NCBI GenBank assembly: GCA_964247055.1
Contig: OZ176051.1
Location: forward strand, 6,696,001 to 6,760,000
Direction: 5' to 3'
Source: Paragordius varius
Taxonomy: Eukaryota > Animalia > Nematomorpha
DNA length: 64,000 nucleotides
Numbering within the stretch: the stretch's first letter is position 1; the number at the start of each line of letters is the position of its first letter. Of this stretch, positions 38,129 to 51,395 are shown piece after piece. The notes under the pieces were generated by a model. The model searched no databases, was not told where the DNA came from, and saw only the letters and a program-made list of their open reading frames with translations. Position numbers and translations under genes: made by a program.

Positions 38129-40236
38129 ATATAAAGGATGAAACATTGTCGTTCTCAAACGCTAGTAGAGTATTGATAAAGCAAAAAATGAACGGAAGCT
38201 AATTAATTCAAAAAATGCATTATTTTTAAAAAAAACAGTATAGTTTTAAAAATATGTATAAATCTACTCTTCACGAATCCGTAAAATTATTTATAAGGAT
38301 TGTCAAACCTCTTGTTATATATGACAGTATCTCTACCATGGTATGAATCTACATATTGATATTCTTGGCTAAATTGGAAAAATTATTATTCTTGTGCCAT
38401 ATGAATTCCGATCGTTCCAATATAACATATATTAAGGGCCAGATTAAAGTTAATAATTGAGACATAGGTTTTAGCCTTAGATAATTATTTTTCTATTACA
38501 TAATGATGATATCATAAAAACGATTAAATTGATAGAGAAAATCAACTATAGTGCTTATTAGGTGCCGTATTACGAAAAGATATAATTAAAATAATTGACA
38601 AATAACTGTATTATAGTTGGGAAATTATAACCTGATAAACTTTTTTTTATGCTGATACTTCATAGGATCCAAATAAAATTTTAATGGGCAAAAGTTTTGT
38701 GTGTTATATTGCATGGATATTCAAGTACAGTTGAGTTCCTTTTTTTGCCAATATTAAAAAAAATGTCTCCTAGAATTGCGTTAGCTTTATCACTGAGTTC
38801 TGCTAAATTTCTTCCAGGATATTGTCTCCATCCACCTTATTTCTCTTCGGCTTCCTGTCCGTGTACAACTGACCTTTCCTACATCAACGACTTCCCCTAT
38901 ATGCTTTGAAAAAATTAAACGATCCTTTAATAAATTTCTTTAACTCTGGAAATTTGTAAAGAAAATACTCCGACAAAATAACTAATGACAATATAATATA
39001 TTTCATTGCTTGGGTCATGATGTCCATCCATCCGCACACTATCCTAATTTGACCACATTGTGAGATCTAAAAAAATAGGCTGTATGTAAAAATGTTTCCA
39101 TATTTATTAGCTATTTTATATATAAAATACTACTAACCACTTTTACATAGGGCAAAATATATTTAGAATGTTATATTATGCCAATCGGAATTCCTCTATA
39201 ATTTTTTATGATCCAAGGTTTTAAATAAAATCGTTTTATTATTAATATTGAAGCAATTATACAGATAAGAAACTTGATCTGAGACGTTTTTCTTTATTGG
39301 CTAGGTTGCACTTTAATAAATATCACCAATCGAAAAATACTAAAATCTTTTTTTTTCAATTTAATTTTCACAGTGATCAAATTATATATTTGTATCTTAA
39401 TTGCATAAATATTACAAAATTATCTCTTATTATTCAGTTTTAAAGGTAATTTTTTTGTTTACATTGTGTAAAACAACCGTATAATTCTCAAATTTCATAC
39501 GTTTTCGAATTTTAATTGCACTCATAAATCACTCTTTACATTACATAGAGTCGAAACTAAACCTAATAAATTTTTTATAGTTAGCTATTAACATAATTAC
39601 CAATAAACAACTGATAATTGCTAGGTAATAATTTATTCATTGTGTGTAAACATTTTAATTAATTAAGGCAATTTTTTATTTTAATTCTAATATTGATAAG
39701 GTCTCCATTCCTAACTAGGCCCAAATTTTTAATTTTGGGTAAAATAATATAGTTTTAAGTTTATCATAATTTGGCTTTATCAATAACACTAGAAGCAAAG
39801 ATTTTGAAAAAAAATTGAGATAATTTATATTTGCACTATTTGATAATTTATAATACATATAGTGCGCGCATCGCGTTTGTGTGTGACATAAAGGGGAAAA
39901 ACGTAAGTGAAAACACATTCATTCATAATATATAAAACACATACATAAATATTTTGTCTTTCCTTTTTTCGATTTTTTAATTTATTTATCATATTCATTA
40001 AATAGATAGGTGTACGCATACCTAATTCTTATTCGCTATAATTATATCATCTTTTTTGTTGTCTATAAATATCGTACCATATTTTGCGGTCAGTCTATGA
40101 CATTATATTAACACACATTTAAAGGTGTATAACCTGTTTTGTCTCACGTTAGATTTTTTACCAATTTTGTGATATATAAATACATATCCTCGAATATCGC
40201 TCAAATTTCGACTTCAACTTCTTTTTGTAAGTTTAA

Positions 40237-43200
40237 ATGGAGAATAATTACACCACCGACAGTATTAATCGTGAAAATATGAATTCGGCGACCGCAGGAG
40301 GTCCCCCCATCCCCTCACCCAGAATAGTTAATCCTCCTGGCCCTGGGCCTGTTTATTCGACTGAACGAGATATGGCGGCCCGCATTGAACAGACAGCTCC
40401 ATTAATTCCTAAAAACAAAAATAACCCAGATGTAGTTAGCGATTTAGCTGTTGTTAATAAATCTCCATATGGAGATACGGTCATTCCCACCTCAACGAGA
40501 CAATCATTTAGAAATGGTGGGAGCAGACGACTTAGAAATGAAGATCCTAGTTTTTATTTTTTCGATATTTATATTATACTAACTAAATATGCACTTCATT
40601 TCTATCATTTGAGAAACAGTTTTATATATATATATAATATTTAAATTTATTGATTGATTTGATATTTGTATCTTAGGTTAACGATTTTACATTATTGGCC
40701 GTAAATCATTTATATGTTATCATTTTTTTCGTTTTGTTTGTACTCTTAAATAGTTTTGCAATGTTGATATATATATATATATATATTGTGAGTAATAAGC
40801 GATACACAGTATTGATTTAATATAGTTTATTTATCTCAGCTATAACATTAAAAATACCCATAAAAGTTGGTATGAAATATATTTATTTATAAGTTATGAA
40901 ATGCATATTTTTAATCTCTAACCTTTAGTTGACATTTTTGTCGTTGATTAAATTTTATTTTTAGGTGATAGTTATATTAATATATATTCTATAAATTTAA
41001 ATTTAAAAGCTTTGAAGATTTATAATAAGTTTTGTTCTTTGTTAAGAATTTTCATAAATTAATCCACACATTGATTTTAAAAAAACTTAATCGCTCTCCA
41101 CATGGGAAAATATATTCAATTATATATTAAGTTTTCGCTAATATAAGATTCTAAAATTGTTATTTTTATCAAAATCAATACTTTTATTTTGTAGGTTCAT
41201 ATTTTTACATCCAAAATTATTTACCAATCATTATATTACATTTATACTTGTAATTTGAGAATAAATTTGTTAAGCTTGTATTACACTTTATATTACAGGG
41301 TTATTTCCTTGTACATTAAGCTCATTCAAATTAATTTTAAATGGTGAGTTTTTTAGCAGGATTTTTTTTCAAGTTTTTTTATTTTTATGTCTTACAAAGT
41401 TATTCGTTCACGGCGAAGTATATAAATATTCCTTTAATAATACATATTATACTCTGGTTTTAATGTGGTTATATGATTAGTGATTACAATCATTCTTAAA
41501 TATCTATCTTTTTGAATATAAATGTGTAATTATAAATCACATTTTAACAACACTTTACAGAGTGCTGCTTATCAGCGCGTCATACTCTAGCTCTCTTGGG
41601 GTTTTTTGGATTTGTGACAGTTTATGCCTTACGAGCCAATCTTAGCGTAGCCATTGTGGCCATGGTAAATAATACGGCTGAGGCTAAAGCTATCAAAAAA
41701 AGTGTCACTCAATGTGCTCATGATGCCAACGCTAAAGTAACACCTGCTGTAACGGAAAGAAATCCAAATATTAAGGTATGTTTTTAAGGATAAATTTGGA
41801 TAAGAGTTTTGTAGAACATTTTAATATGAAAAGTGTTGTTAGTTTGTCAATTTGTAACTTTATACTTGATCCAATTTTTTCATTATCTTTTATACAAGTT
41901 ATCTATCCAATTTCATTTATAAATGTGATATACCAACTTAAAATATTAAATTATATACTAATCGATATTTTGTCGTTATACCTTAATCCAATCTAGATAC
42001 AAACTTTTGTTGCCATCGTTTTAAATATCGATTTACTTTGTTTGCCATTAGTTTTTAATTTTTAATATATATATTTTAGCTTGGTGAATTTCATTGGAGC
42101 GGGACGACTCAGGGTTACATTTTAGCTGGATTCTTTTATGGATATCTATTTACCCAAATCCCTGGGGGTTGGTTAGCTACCATAAGTGCCAAGTATACAT
42201 TGGGTTTGGGTGTTTTATGGACTGCTGTACTTACGCTTTTTACAGCGCCTGCTGCCAGGTTAAGTCCATGGGCCTTGCTAGTTTTGCGCGTTTTGGAGGG
42301 TTTGGGAGAGGTGATTTTTTTGAAAAAAATTATTTAAACATAATTTTATGTACCCAGTGTAGAAACTTTGTAAAATAGTTTTTCTTTTTCGATTAATATT
42401 TTTTTTAATTAATATTTTAGGGTGTCACTTTTCCTGCTATGCATGCTATTTGGGCCAAATGGGCTCCTCCTCTAGAAAGAAGCAAACTTGTAGCTTTTAC
42501 ATATGCGGGTATTAAAAAAACTCATTTTTATCTTAAACAAAATATCCATAAATATTTTATTTCTTATTGGTCAAACTCAATTTTTATTTAGGTGCCCCTA
42601 TGGGTAATGTAATTGCTTATCCACTCTCTGGTTATTTAGCACAAAAAGGATTTGCTGGTGGTTGGCCATCTATTTTTTATGTCATGGGTAAGTATATATA
42701 TCCATATGCGTCCATATAGTTTTGTATCTTTAAAAATATGGGTCAAATAATTAGTTTTTTTATCATCACGCAGGTCTGATGGGATGTGTATGGTACATTT
42801 TTTGGCAATTTTTTGTGTATGAAACACCGGCCCAACATCCACGCATTTCCAACGCTGAGCTTGCTTACCTCCAAAAAAATATTAGATCTGATAAAGATAA
42901 GGTATAGTATAACAATATAATTGGTGTTTGATTTTGGAGTATGCGATATACAGCTGCAAATAATTAAAAATTTTTATAAAAAATTTGGACAGTTCTAATT
43001 TTTAGGAATTATAAGTCTTTTTGGTAAAACTTATTACATGTATTTTACAATATGTCCATAATTAATTCATTGTATTCCTCATTTATTTTAGCCTCCTATT
43101 CCCTGGATTAAAATTTTTACATCCGTGCGGTTTTGGGCCATAGCAGTCGCTCATTTCTCCTACAATTGGGGTTTTTACACCATGATCACAATTTTACCAA

Positions 43201-45186
43201 AGTTTTTTAAAGATGTCCTAAATCTTAACATGGAATCGGTATGCATCCTAACTTTTCACAATTGTGTAAAAAACTTTTTTTAATATTTTTTTGTATTAAT
43301 TAACTGCAGAATGGTTTGTACTCGGCATTACCATTTTTAGCCCAATGGGCCGTTATTGGGGTTTCTGGTGCTGCGGCTGATTATATGCGAACCGGTTGTG
43401 GTTTAACCACTACGCTCGTTAGAAGAATTTTTAACACTTGCGGTATTTATTACTGTGTACCTTTTAATTTTGTTAACTAATAACCGCTTTTTTATATTTT
43501 AAAAGCACATATTTCCAATATTTACTTGTAAACGCTAATACAGTATGAATAAAAATATATTGCTTATCTTTTTATTAAATATTACCAAATAGTATTCGGT
43601 ATAAAGAGCATTATTATTGACTTTGGTGCATAGAAAAATGTTGAACGCTTTTTGTTTTTGGCCAATAATATTATACTATGTGTAAAAGCTATTTGATCTA
43701 TATAAAATAACTGTGTAATTTTACTCATACCGCGCAATTTTAATATACAGAGAGACTTGTGATGTTTATACAAACATTTTTATTTTTTTATACGTTTAAG
43801 GTCTAATTATACCGGCTTGCTTTTTGATTGGTGTTGGTTATGTTCGGTGCAATGTCCCACTCGCCATAGCCTTGTTGACAATCGGTGTTGGATTTACTGG
43901 GATGGCCCATGTTGGATTCTTTGTCAGTCATTTGGATATTGCTCCCCCTTATGCCGGTAAATGTTTTGTTTCATTTAAAAAAAATTAATTTTTTTTCATT
44001 AGAAGGCCTAAATTAAAAAAGCCAACAGACTATGTTCGCGCAATTGAAAATAAGTAAAAAAATTATATTTGAAATTGAACGGTCCAACATGTTGTCCGGA
44101 AAATTGTCTCAAAGACACGATTGTGGACTTGTATTTTCAAAAAACCCTTTTTAACAAGGGATGGAAAAAAAGGGCGAAGCTACGCGGCATTTCATTTTAT
44201 TTTTTCGACATTTGGATTTGAATGGGTCTACCGGTTTCAGGAAACAGATCAGAAAGACACCACTTTATATAATACACAATCGATATTAATTTGTTTTGTG
44301 TAAATTGTTTAAAAATTCTGATAAATAATATTTTTTACGAAATTAAACGCGGTTTAAAGTTTATATTCATTTTTACGTTTAACGTCTATTTTACTATTAG
44401 GTATGCTTATGAGTTTAACAAACACCATTGCTACCATACCTGGGGCAGTTGCACCATCAGTGGCCACAGCAATCACCAAAGATAATGTAATTTTTTTGTT
44501 TAAAAAATTAAATTAATTTTCTCTTGTTTTAAACACTTTTGTTTGATAGCAAGTTTTAGAAAATTGGAATAGTTTGTTTAAAGGAAATTCGCAAAACCCA
44601 CACAATAACTTTAAAATTTTTTATAATTTAAATCAAATATATTTTCAGCAATTACTTGCCGTAAAAAATAAATATTATTTTTTTATTTAAAAAATTCATT
44701 TAAAGATATTTGCATATCAAAACATAAAACGCTAAGTTTAAAATTGGGATTATTCGATTCATTTGGTAAACAATATTATTATTATGAACATATACAAGAA
44801 ATAAATAAAATTGGTAAATTCTTCCATCATATGACCATTGTAAAATTAGTTTTCATTTTTCTCTTTAATAATAGCCGGATGCCGAACATTGGCGTATCGT
44901 TTTCTTTATAGCTGCCATCATTTACATTACGGGGGCGTTGTTTTACCTCATTTTCGTTTCGGGAGAGGAACAGCCCTGGGCCCGGGTGGCTAGATCACGA
45001 TCTATAACAAACGCTCCCCCAGGTTCTAAGATTCAAGATGCGCTTGATGATGAACAGGCACCCATTACAGCCGTAAGGCGAAAAAGTGAAAGACCCGAAG
45101 ATATTAGTGCTGCCGTTGGCACAATAAACTTGAATGATGCCGAGCGCAAAGGATTGGAAACGGAAATGAAAGATTTTTATGATTAG
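40237..45186 (+). CDS. SLC17A5: Sialin-like SLC17 organic anion transporter (MFS, ACS family), 634 aa, 11 exons
   Basis: Phase-consistent exons: 40237-40549, 41561-41775, 42080-42310, 42421-42508, 42592-42687, 42774-42901, 43092-43238, 43310-43442, 43801-43956, 44401-44486, 44875-45186 (1905 nt). Motifs include [104 protein letters not shown] and GEEQPWA. The symbol means best resemblance; orthology was not tested. The exon 1 linkage is the least certain part. Confidence 0.92.
44003..44255 (-). repeat. Dispersed fragment of the Helitron-array repeat in SLC17 intron 9
   Basis: The reverse complement matches 20095-20360, for example gacccattcaaatccaaatgtcga, tttgagacaatt.tccgga.aacatgttg and ttaatttaggcc. 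Confidence 0.8.
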
Positions 45187-46045
45187 GGACGGTCGGTCGG
45201 TGTAATCTGATTCACCACCATCATCGGAATTATATCTTTATACTTACGACGACCTGGCTATCTTCTACTTTCTTAATCTCACAACATTTCTGAGCTATAC
45301 ACATGTGCGGTAGCTAAAATTTACAAATTTATTCATATGTGACACACTATTTGCACTACAGGGCTGATTAAAATGATTATATATTTTATGATTTTTATAT
45401 AGTGAATATAAATTTTTTTGTATTCAATCCCTGTCAATTTGAACCGATTACAACATTTATGATCATATTTAATGCAATACATATTCTAATCAAATTACTT
45501 TATTGTCAATTGTAAATAATGCTAAAACAAATTTATATGTTATAAATAAGTAAGTCTTCTGATTCTATGCAATACTTATTTGATAATTTTTAACCCTTAT
45601 TTGATTTTATGGTAAAGTTTTGTTTGCAATCTCACACATTACCACGCATCTTATATCTTTCCATTTTGTTAAAAAAAAAACATTTGACTGAAGTTTGCGT
45701 ATCATCAAATTCACTTTTATGTATTGTATATATTTTTAGTGTATCCGTCAAAGTTATCGGGTTGTGTTTTATGAATAACGCTATATTTTAGGTTTATGTT
45801 ATACTTTTTATTTTCCTTGTATATATTTTGACCCACTACAAGAAGTGATTTAAATATTTTTAAAATTTGTCAAATAACTCAATTATGGCCAAAGTGTACA
45901 TCTTTTTTCAACGAATTCCACCTTTCCTATATAAGATACTAATACTAGTCAACGTAATTTTTTCCCATTAGATGTATAAAACAAACACATTTTGGTTTAT
46001 CAAATAATAAACAAATATGATATTATATTTTATGGTCTTATTATA

Positions 46046-46721
46046 TATACCATTTACACTTCAAGAGTGTCCTTGAACAATTCAAGTTGGTCCTTGAACA
46101 ATTAAAGTTGGTCCTTAAAATTTATAAATTTTGATTTAACCATAATTTTTGCATTTATTTTTTTATTTAATTATTTATTAACCCAATTTTCTTTATTTAT
46201 TATATATTTATTCATTTAAAAATAAATTTTTTTATTGAAAAACCACTTTTTTTGTTTAAAACTATTTTTTTTTCAATTGAACAAAATTATTGACTTTTAA
46301 ATGTTTTTAATGAAAAATTTTAATTAATAACCCAGAAAACTTATATATTTATTCATTTCGTGTTAAAATCTTATAAATATCTAAATTTATTTTAAGAAAT
46401 TAATAAAGATATACGGTTTTTCAAAGATTAAAAGTTGATATCGATTTAAAATTTATGTTAAATAATAGAAAATAGGTTAAAAACAATAAAATAGACGAAT
46501 TATTTTCGATTTGATTGATAAAAGTTAAAAACAAAACAAAAAAGTTAAAGGACCAACTTATTGTTCAAGGACCAACTTGAATTGTTCAAGGACCAACTTG
46601 AACTGTTCAAGGACCAACTTGAACTGTTCAAGGACCAACTTGAATTGTTCAAGGACCAACTTGAACTATCCAAGGACCAACTTGAATTGTTCAAGGACAC
46701 TCTTGAAGTGTAAATGGTATA
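46046..46721 (-). mobile_element. MITE family A, copy 2 (expanded subterminal array)
   Basis: Perfect TIR tataccatttacacttcaagagtgtccttgaacaattcaagttggtcc. There are two 21-bp units at one end and seven at the other (46550-46695). Confidence 0.95.
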
Positions 46722-46836
46722 TTATATATATTATAATATATATATCTTAGCGTGTCGAAATTTGTTTATACGTTTTGCGAGATTAATATGTATTAGGTAA
46801 TTTGATGAATGAGTCGACTCAAATGCTAAAATATGT

Positions 46837-47412
46837 TATACTATTTGCACTTAAAGAGTGTCCTCGAACACTTCAAGTTGGTCCTTGAACATTTCAAGTT
46901 GGTCCTCGAACACTTCAAGGTGATCTCAAACACTTCAATTTGGTCCTTTTTTGTTTTGTTTTTAACTTTTATCAATCAAATCGTATATCCTTCATCTATT
47001 TTATCGTTTTAAACCTATTTCTATTATATAACATAAATTTTGAATCAATATCAACTTTTAATCATTAAGAAACCGTATATCTTTATAATTTCAATTATTT
47101 TGGGTATTTATAAGATTGTAAGACATAATTAAAATATATATAAGTTTTCTGATTTATTATTTACAATTTTTTATTAAAAACAATTAAAAGTAATAATTAT
47201 GTTAAATTGGAAAAAAATTAGTTTGAAACAAAAAAGTGGTTTTTGAATAGAAATTTTTATTTTTAAATATAAATATGTAGTAAATATATAAAATTAGGTT
47301 AAAAAATAATAAAAACAAAAAATAAATGCAAAATTATGGTTAAATTAAATTTTAAAAATTTTAAGGACCAACTTGAAGTGTTCAAGGACACTCTTGAAGT
47401 GCAAATGGTATA
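46837..47412 (+). mobile_element. MITE family A, copy 3
   Basis: Ends tatactatttgcac ... gtgcaaatggtata. It has the same orientation as 3442-4005 and is inverted relative to copy 2, 115 bp away. Confidence 0.95.
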
Positions 47413-48726
47413 TAACTCAAAATGAATGGTAAGATGCCATTACATGGCTTTAAACCTCAAACAGGTTAGGAACACCTTTTGAGTTGGATTACTTATAGGC
47501 GAATATTAGTCGCACTAACGCTTAATCACACAGGTCCTTATTAGGGGGAGTAACCGAAAAAAAAGTTTGCTGTAGAAATAAACTTAATGTGATAAAAAAG
47601 TAAAAACTAAAATACATTAAACAGATGATTTATGGCTATAACTAGGAAATTGAAAAACGCCTAAATTTTTTATGTTATTTTATCTTTCATTTCAAACAAA
47701 TTATTGATGAGACTTACGGTCGATTAAATAATCACAAACTTTTATGCAAAACAATTCTTTGGCGCAATGCTAAATATGCTAAGGCGTTTGGGGGTTTTAT
47801 TAGGTGTATAAAAAATTGTTTCTCAAGGTCTATAATTTTGATTATTTATATATGATATTTGATGGCTATATAAAAAATTATAATGAAATCAAATATATTT
47901 TTACAAAGATATGTATATTAGGACTAATTTAAAATTGGGTATTTATTATTTGATTATATAGTTTCAACGATAAATAACACCTAACACAATGGTCAAGTTT
48001 TGATATTTATATGTACTTTTAAGATCGATTGTTTTAGAAACAGAAACATAAAAAGTTTAAAATATAAAGTAGCAATATTGGGATTATAATTCAGCTATAT
48101 GAATAAATTTATTAAACTGAATTTTCGATATTTAATTTTATTTTTACGTTTGACAAAGATTACTTGTAGTAATCAAATATCAGTTTAATAATTCATTCAA
48201 TTGCAGTTTATTATAATCCAAAATATTAATCAAGTTGTAAACAGAAGTTTTCAGTGTTTCCGAATACACAATATTATATTAGGGAATTGCTACAATCAAA
48301 AATACCAAAAAACAACTTGTTATTTTTTTATTTCGCCCATAGATATTTTGCCTTATCATATCTTAAGATGTTTGGTTACATTAGCGGTCAAAATCATGGT
48401 TTAATCGATATTCCTTTCTTCTATAAAAATTTATCAATCTGTAACTACTATGAGTCTATTATATTAACCCAAAAAACTATGATATAGCTGTACATTGGTT
48501 TAGTATAACTGATCAATGGAAATATTTAAATAATTATTATTTTTAAAAGAATATAGTAAATAAATTATTTATTATTTAATAATTATATATCCAGTTAAAA
48601 TTATTCATTAATCTTCATCTGAAATTTATAATTCTGTAATATACTTGAATTTTGACCTATCATTAAATGGAGTTAATGTGATAAATTATATTTCAATTAT
48701 AATTAATAAAGTCTAAATTTTAATAT

Positions 48727-48990
48727 GTGCCACCCTCAATTCACTCTTGTGCAATTCGAATTCCCCTCTAACAATTACCGTTCCCCCCTGAACATTTCGA
48801 AACTATAAATAATTTTTGCTGGGAAATTATAACAATATGATTTTTTATGGCATAATTTATTTTTTTTCCGTATTATGATAAATTTAAACGAAATTTTACT
48901 TGTAAAAATATACAAAAGCACTAGGTTTAATTTTGGAAATTTTCGAAAAATTTGAAATATTTAAAGGGTGAATTCGAACAGATCAAGGGT

Positions 48991-48994
<4 letters not shown>
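48727..48994 (+). mobile_element. Diverged MITE family B copy
   Basis: It retains degenerate caattcgaattcccc / gggtgaattcgaaca repeats and the interior ttttttatggcataatttat. The termini are eroded. Confidence 0.55.

Positions 48995-49042
<48 letters not shown>
48995..49042. repeat. (TA)n microsatellite
   Basis: About 24 TA units. Shorter (TA)n runs occur at ~396-419, 2519-2548, 40767-40786, 55989-56010 and 63929-63946, (TC)n at 9982-9998 and (TG)n at 56136-56155. Confidence 0.95.
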
Positions 49043-49045
<3 letters not shown>

Positions 49046-51087
49046 CATTTCTTAAAAGTATTGGTTTCGACCAAACACAATGCTTTTTTCAGCACAACTG
49101 AATCAATATTGCGTTTGGTGGAAAGAATGTTGCTTTTGACAAGAAAATGGTTTATAAAAATATTATCGTATTTTTATTATGGTTTTTTTTATAAAATTTT
49201 GCTTATAATCATGAAGGTTAAAGGATAACATACCCACAAATGTTAAATCTATGATTATATATTATTTTCAAAAGTTAACTTACATTCATCCATATCAACG
49301 TTTTCTTATTATAAATTTCAAAATATATTTTTACCTTCCATTCTTCTTATAATATCTATATAAAAAAATAATTTTACTATATTCCATAATACAACTGCAC
49401 ATTGTGAATAAATCTTAAAAATGACTAAGTCATGTGTCAAGTTTGGGAAGAATTGTATTTTAGTAAAAACAAATAGATTATTAATATATTTATTGTTTAA
49501 TACTTGGTGACTTTAAATTTTTTTATCCGTGATAAAATATTGGGATAGTTTTTATATCCAATGGCTAAATATTGTTAACAAACTTATTTGAAATTTATTT
49601 TAAATAATATTTGATTATCAAACATTGTCCTATATTAGTTAAAACAACTATATTTTTTGAACTTTCTAGAGTAAATTGGGACAATTCCAAAACACGATTA
49701 TAATAACAGCTGATTTTAAAATCAATATAATGAGTTTTTGTGTTAAAATGTAAACTGAAAGCTTACAAAAGTTAATTATTTACATTTTTGCTTGTTGCAT
49801 TATCGATTTAATAAAAATATAGAAAAACGGCGGCAAAAATGTTTGAGTTGATGATTTTTTATTTTTTTATATTTTTAATATTTTTTTGTATAATGTGCCT
49901 AAAAGACTAAAAAAGCATATTTTTTCGACTTAATACCTTAATTACTTTTTAAGATATCTGGGATATATAACTACCCCAAAAGGTAATGGAGTCTTAATTA
50001 CATATATTTCATTTGTCATTTTAATATTTATGTTGAGAAAAAAATATATATAATTTTTTAAAATGATGGGGAAAGGGGTGGGAGGTTAAAGCATTTTTTC
50101 TAATAGTTATGACATTAGAAGACCCGTTTTAATAAGGACCAACTCTTTTTGAAAAAAAGTTTTTGAACCGCCGCCATTCCTCATGAAAACATTTTATATA
50201 CATAATATGAGGTTCAGCAAAATAATGAAAATCGATATCCTTTAGAAAAAATTTTTTATAGTGTGGTATAAATTTGCGATAATATTTTTGAATAAATAAA
50301 ATTTGTTAAATTACACTGTAAATGTTAGCACCATAAATTGCAATTTTTATTTTATAATATATAAATTAAATGAATATTTTAAGTAAATCTATGTTTGACA
50401 TATAAATAATCATAAATATATTTTATGATAATAAAAAAGTCAATAATACCATCGACATTCTCTATAAGATATAATAATTAAGATAAATTGTAATTATAGA
50501 TATATAATGCAGTGCAGTAACCTTTGGGCCGTGATTGTAATTTCAAAAAGTAAAATATATCAATGTCCCAACATTTCGAATTTTAAGCCTTATAAAAAGT
50601 TTCATTCCTAAGATAGATATATACTAGTTGGTTTTCATGATAATATATGATATCCCAAATTATTTTAAAAACAATATAAGTTGGTTTATTTTAAAATAAT
50701 TTATAATCCAATAATATTATATTTTATAACTCTTTCAAGATATTAGTTATATTTTTATATTTCCAGCAAATGATATATATATATATAAAATAGTTTTTAT
50801 TTCAATTATATCTCAGGGCTGACCAACACAAATATCTTGGCGAACTGCTTTGATAATTTTTGGTATTATTTGTTTTAAGCCAAATTTTGGATTATATAAC
50901 TTATCAAAAATCGTAAATTTTTGATTGGAATCTTTTAATTTTTAAACATCTTAAAGCACTCTTGCATACCAAATAAACCGTGTTGGATCCCTGTTTTAGT
51001 TTTCCCTAAATTTACAGATTTTAACTGAAGCTTTTGTAATATTCCTAAATTTAAAGAATATCCGGTGAACTTTTTTTCTATTTAAAT

Positions 51088-51395
51088 CATAAAGTTCAAA
51101 ACTATGCCCGCGGGCCACATGTAGCCCTCCAAAACTTTATGTGAACTCCGCGAAAAATTTAAAAATTCATAATTTGCAAAAATATGCTAAAAAAATTTTT
51201 AACTTAAAATTTCTTGAATAATTTTTTTAAATAAGTTTAAATATTTGGCAACTAGTAAAATTTGTTCTATTAAGTTGGCATCTACAATATTATATAAATC
51301 TAATAATTTTTATTAATGCCCAATTTATTAGAAATTCGGCCCACCAAGTTTAAGTTAAGAATGTGCCCACGAAGCCATTTGCGTTGAACAACCCT
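51088..51395 (-). mobile_element. hAT (Charlie-like) MITE, relative of 37879-38128
   Basis: The end atttgcgttgaacaccctg is the reverse complement of the 37879 left end. The other end is degenerate and its coordinate is approximate. Confidence 0.65.

Noticed and set aside
38700-39200. Faint mariner-like peptide echoes (LGHDVHPSAHYPNL; NKVDGDNILEEI on the opposite strand)
   Set aside because: The similarity is too weak, the strands are inconsistent and no TIRs were found. It needs a profile search.
46550-46695. Regular 21-bp direct repeats resembling a CRISPR array or plasmid iterons
   Set aside because: The units are contiguous with no unique spacers, lie inside TIR-bounded MITEs, have no cas genes nearby and sit in a eukaryotic context.
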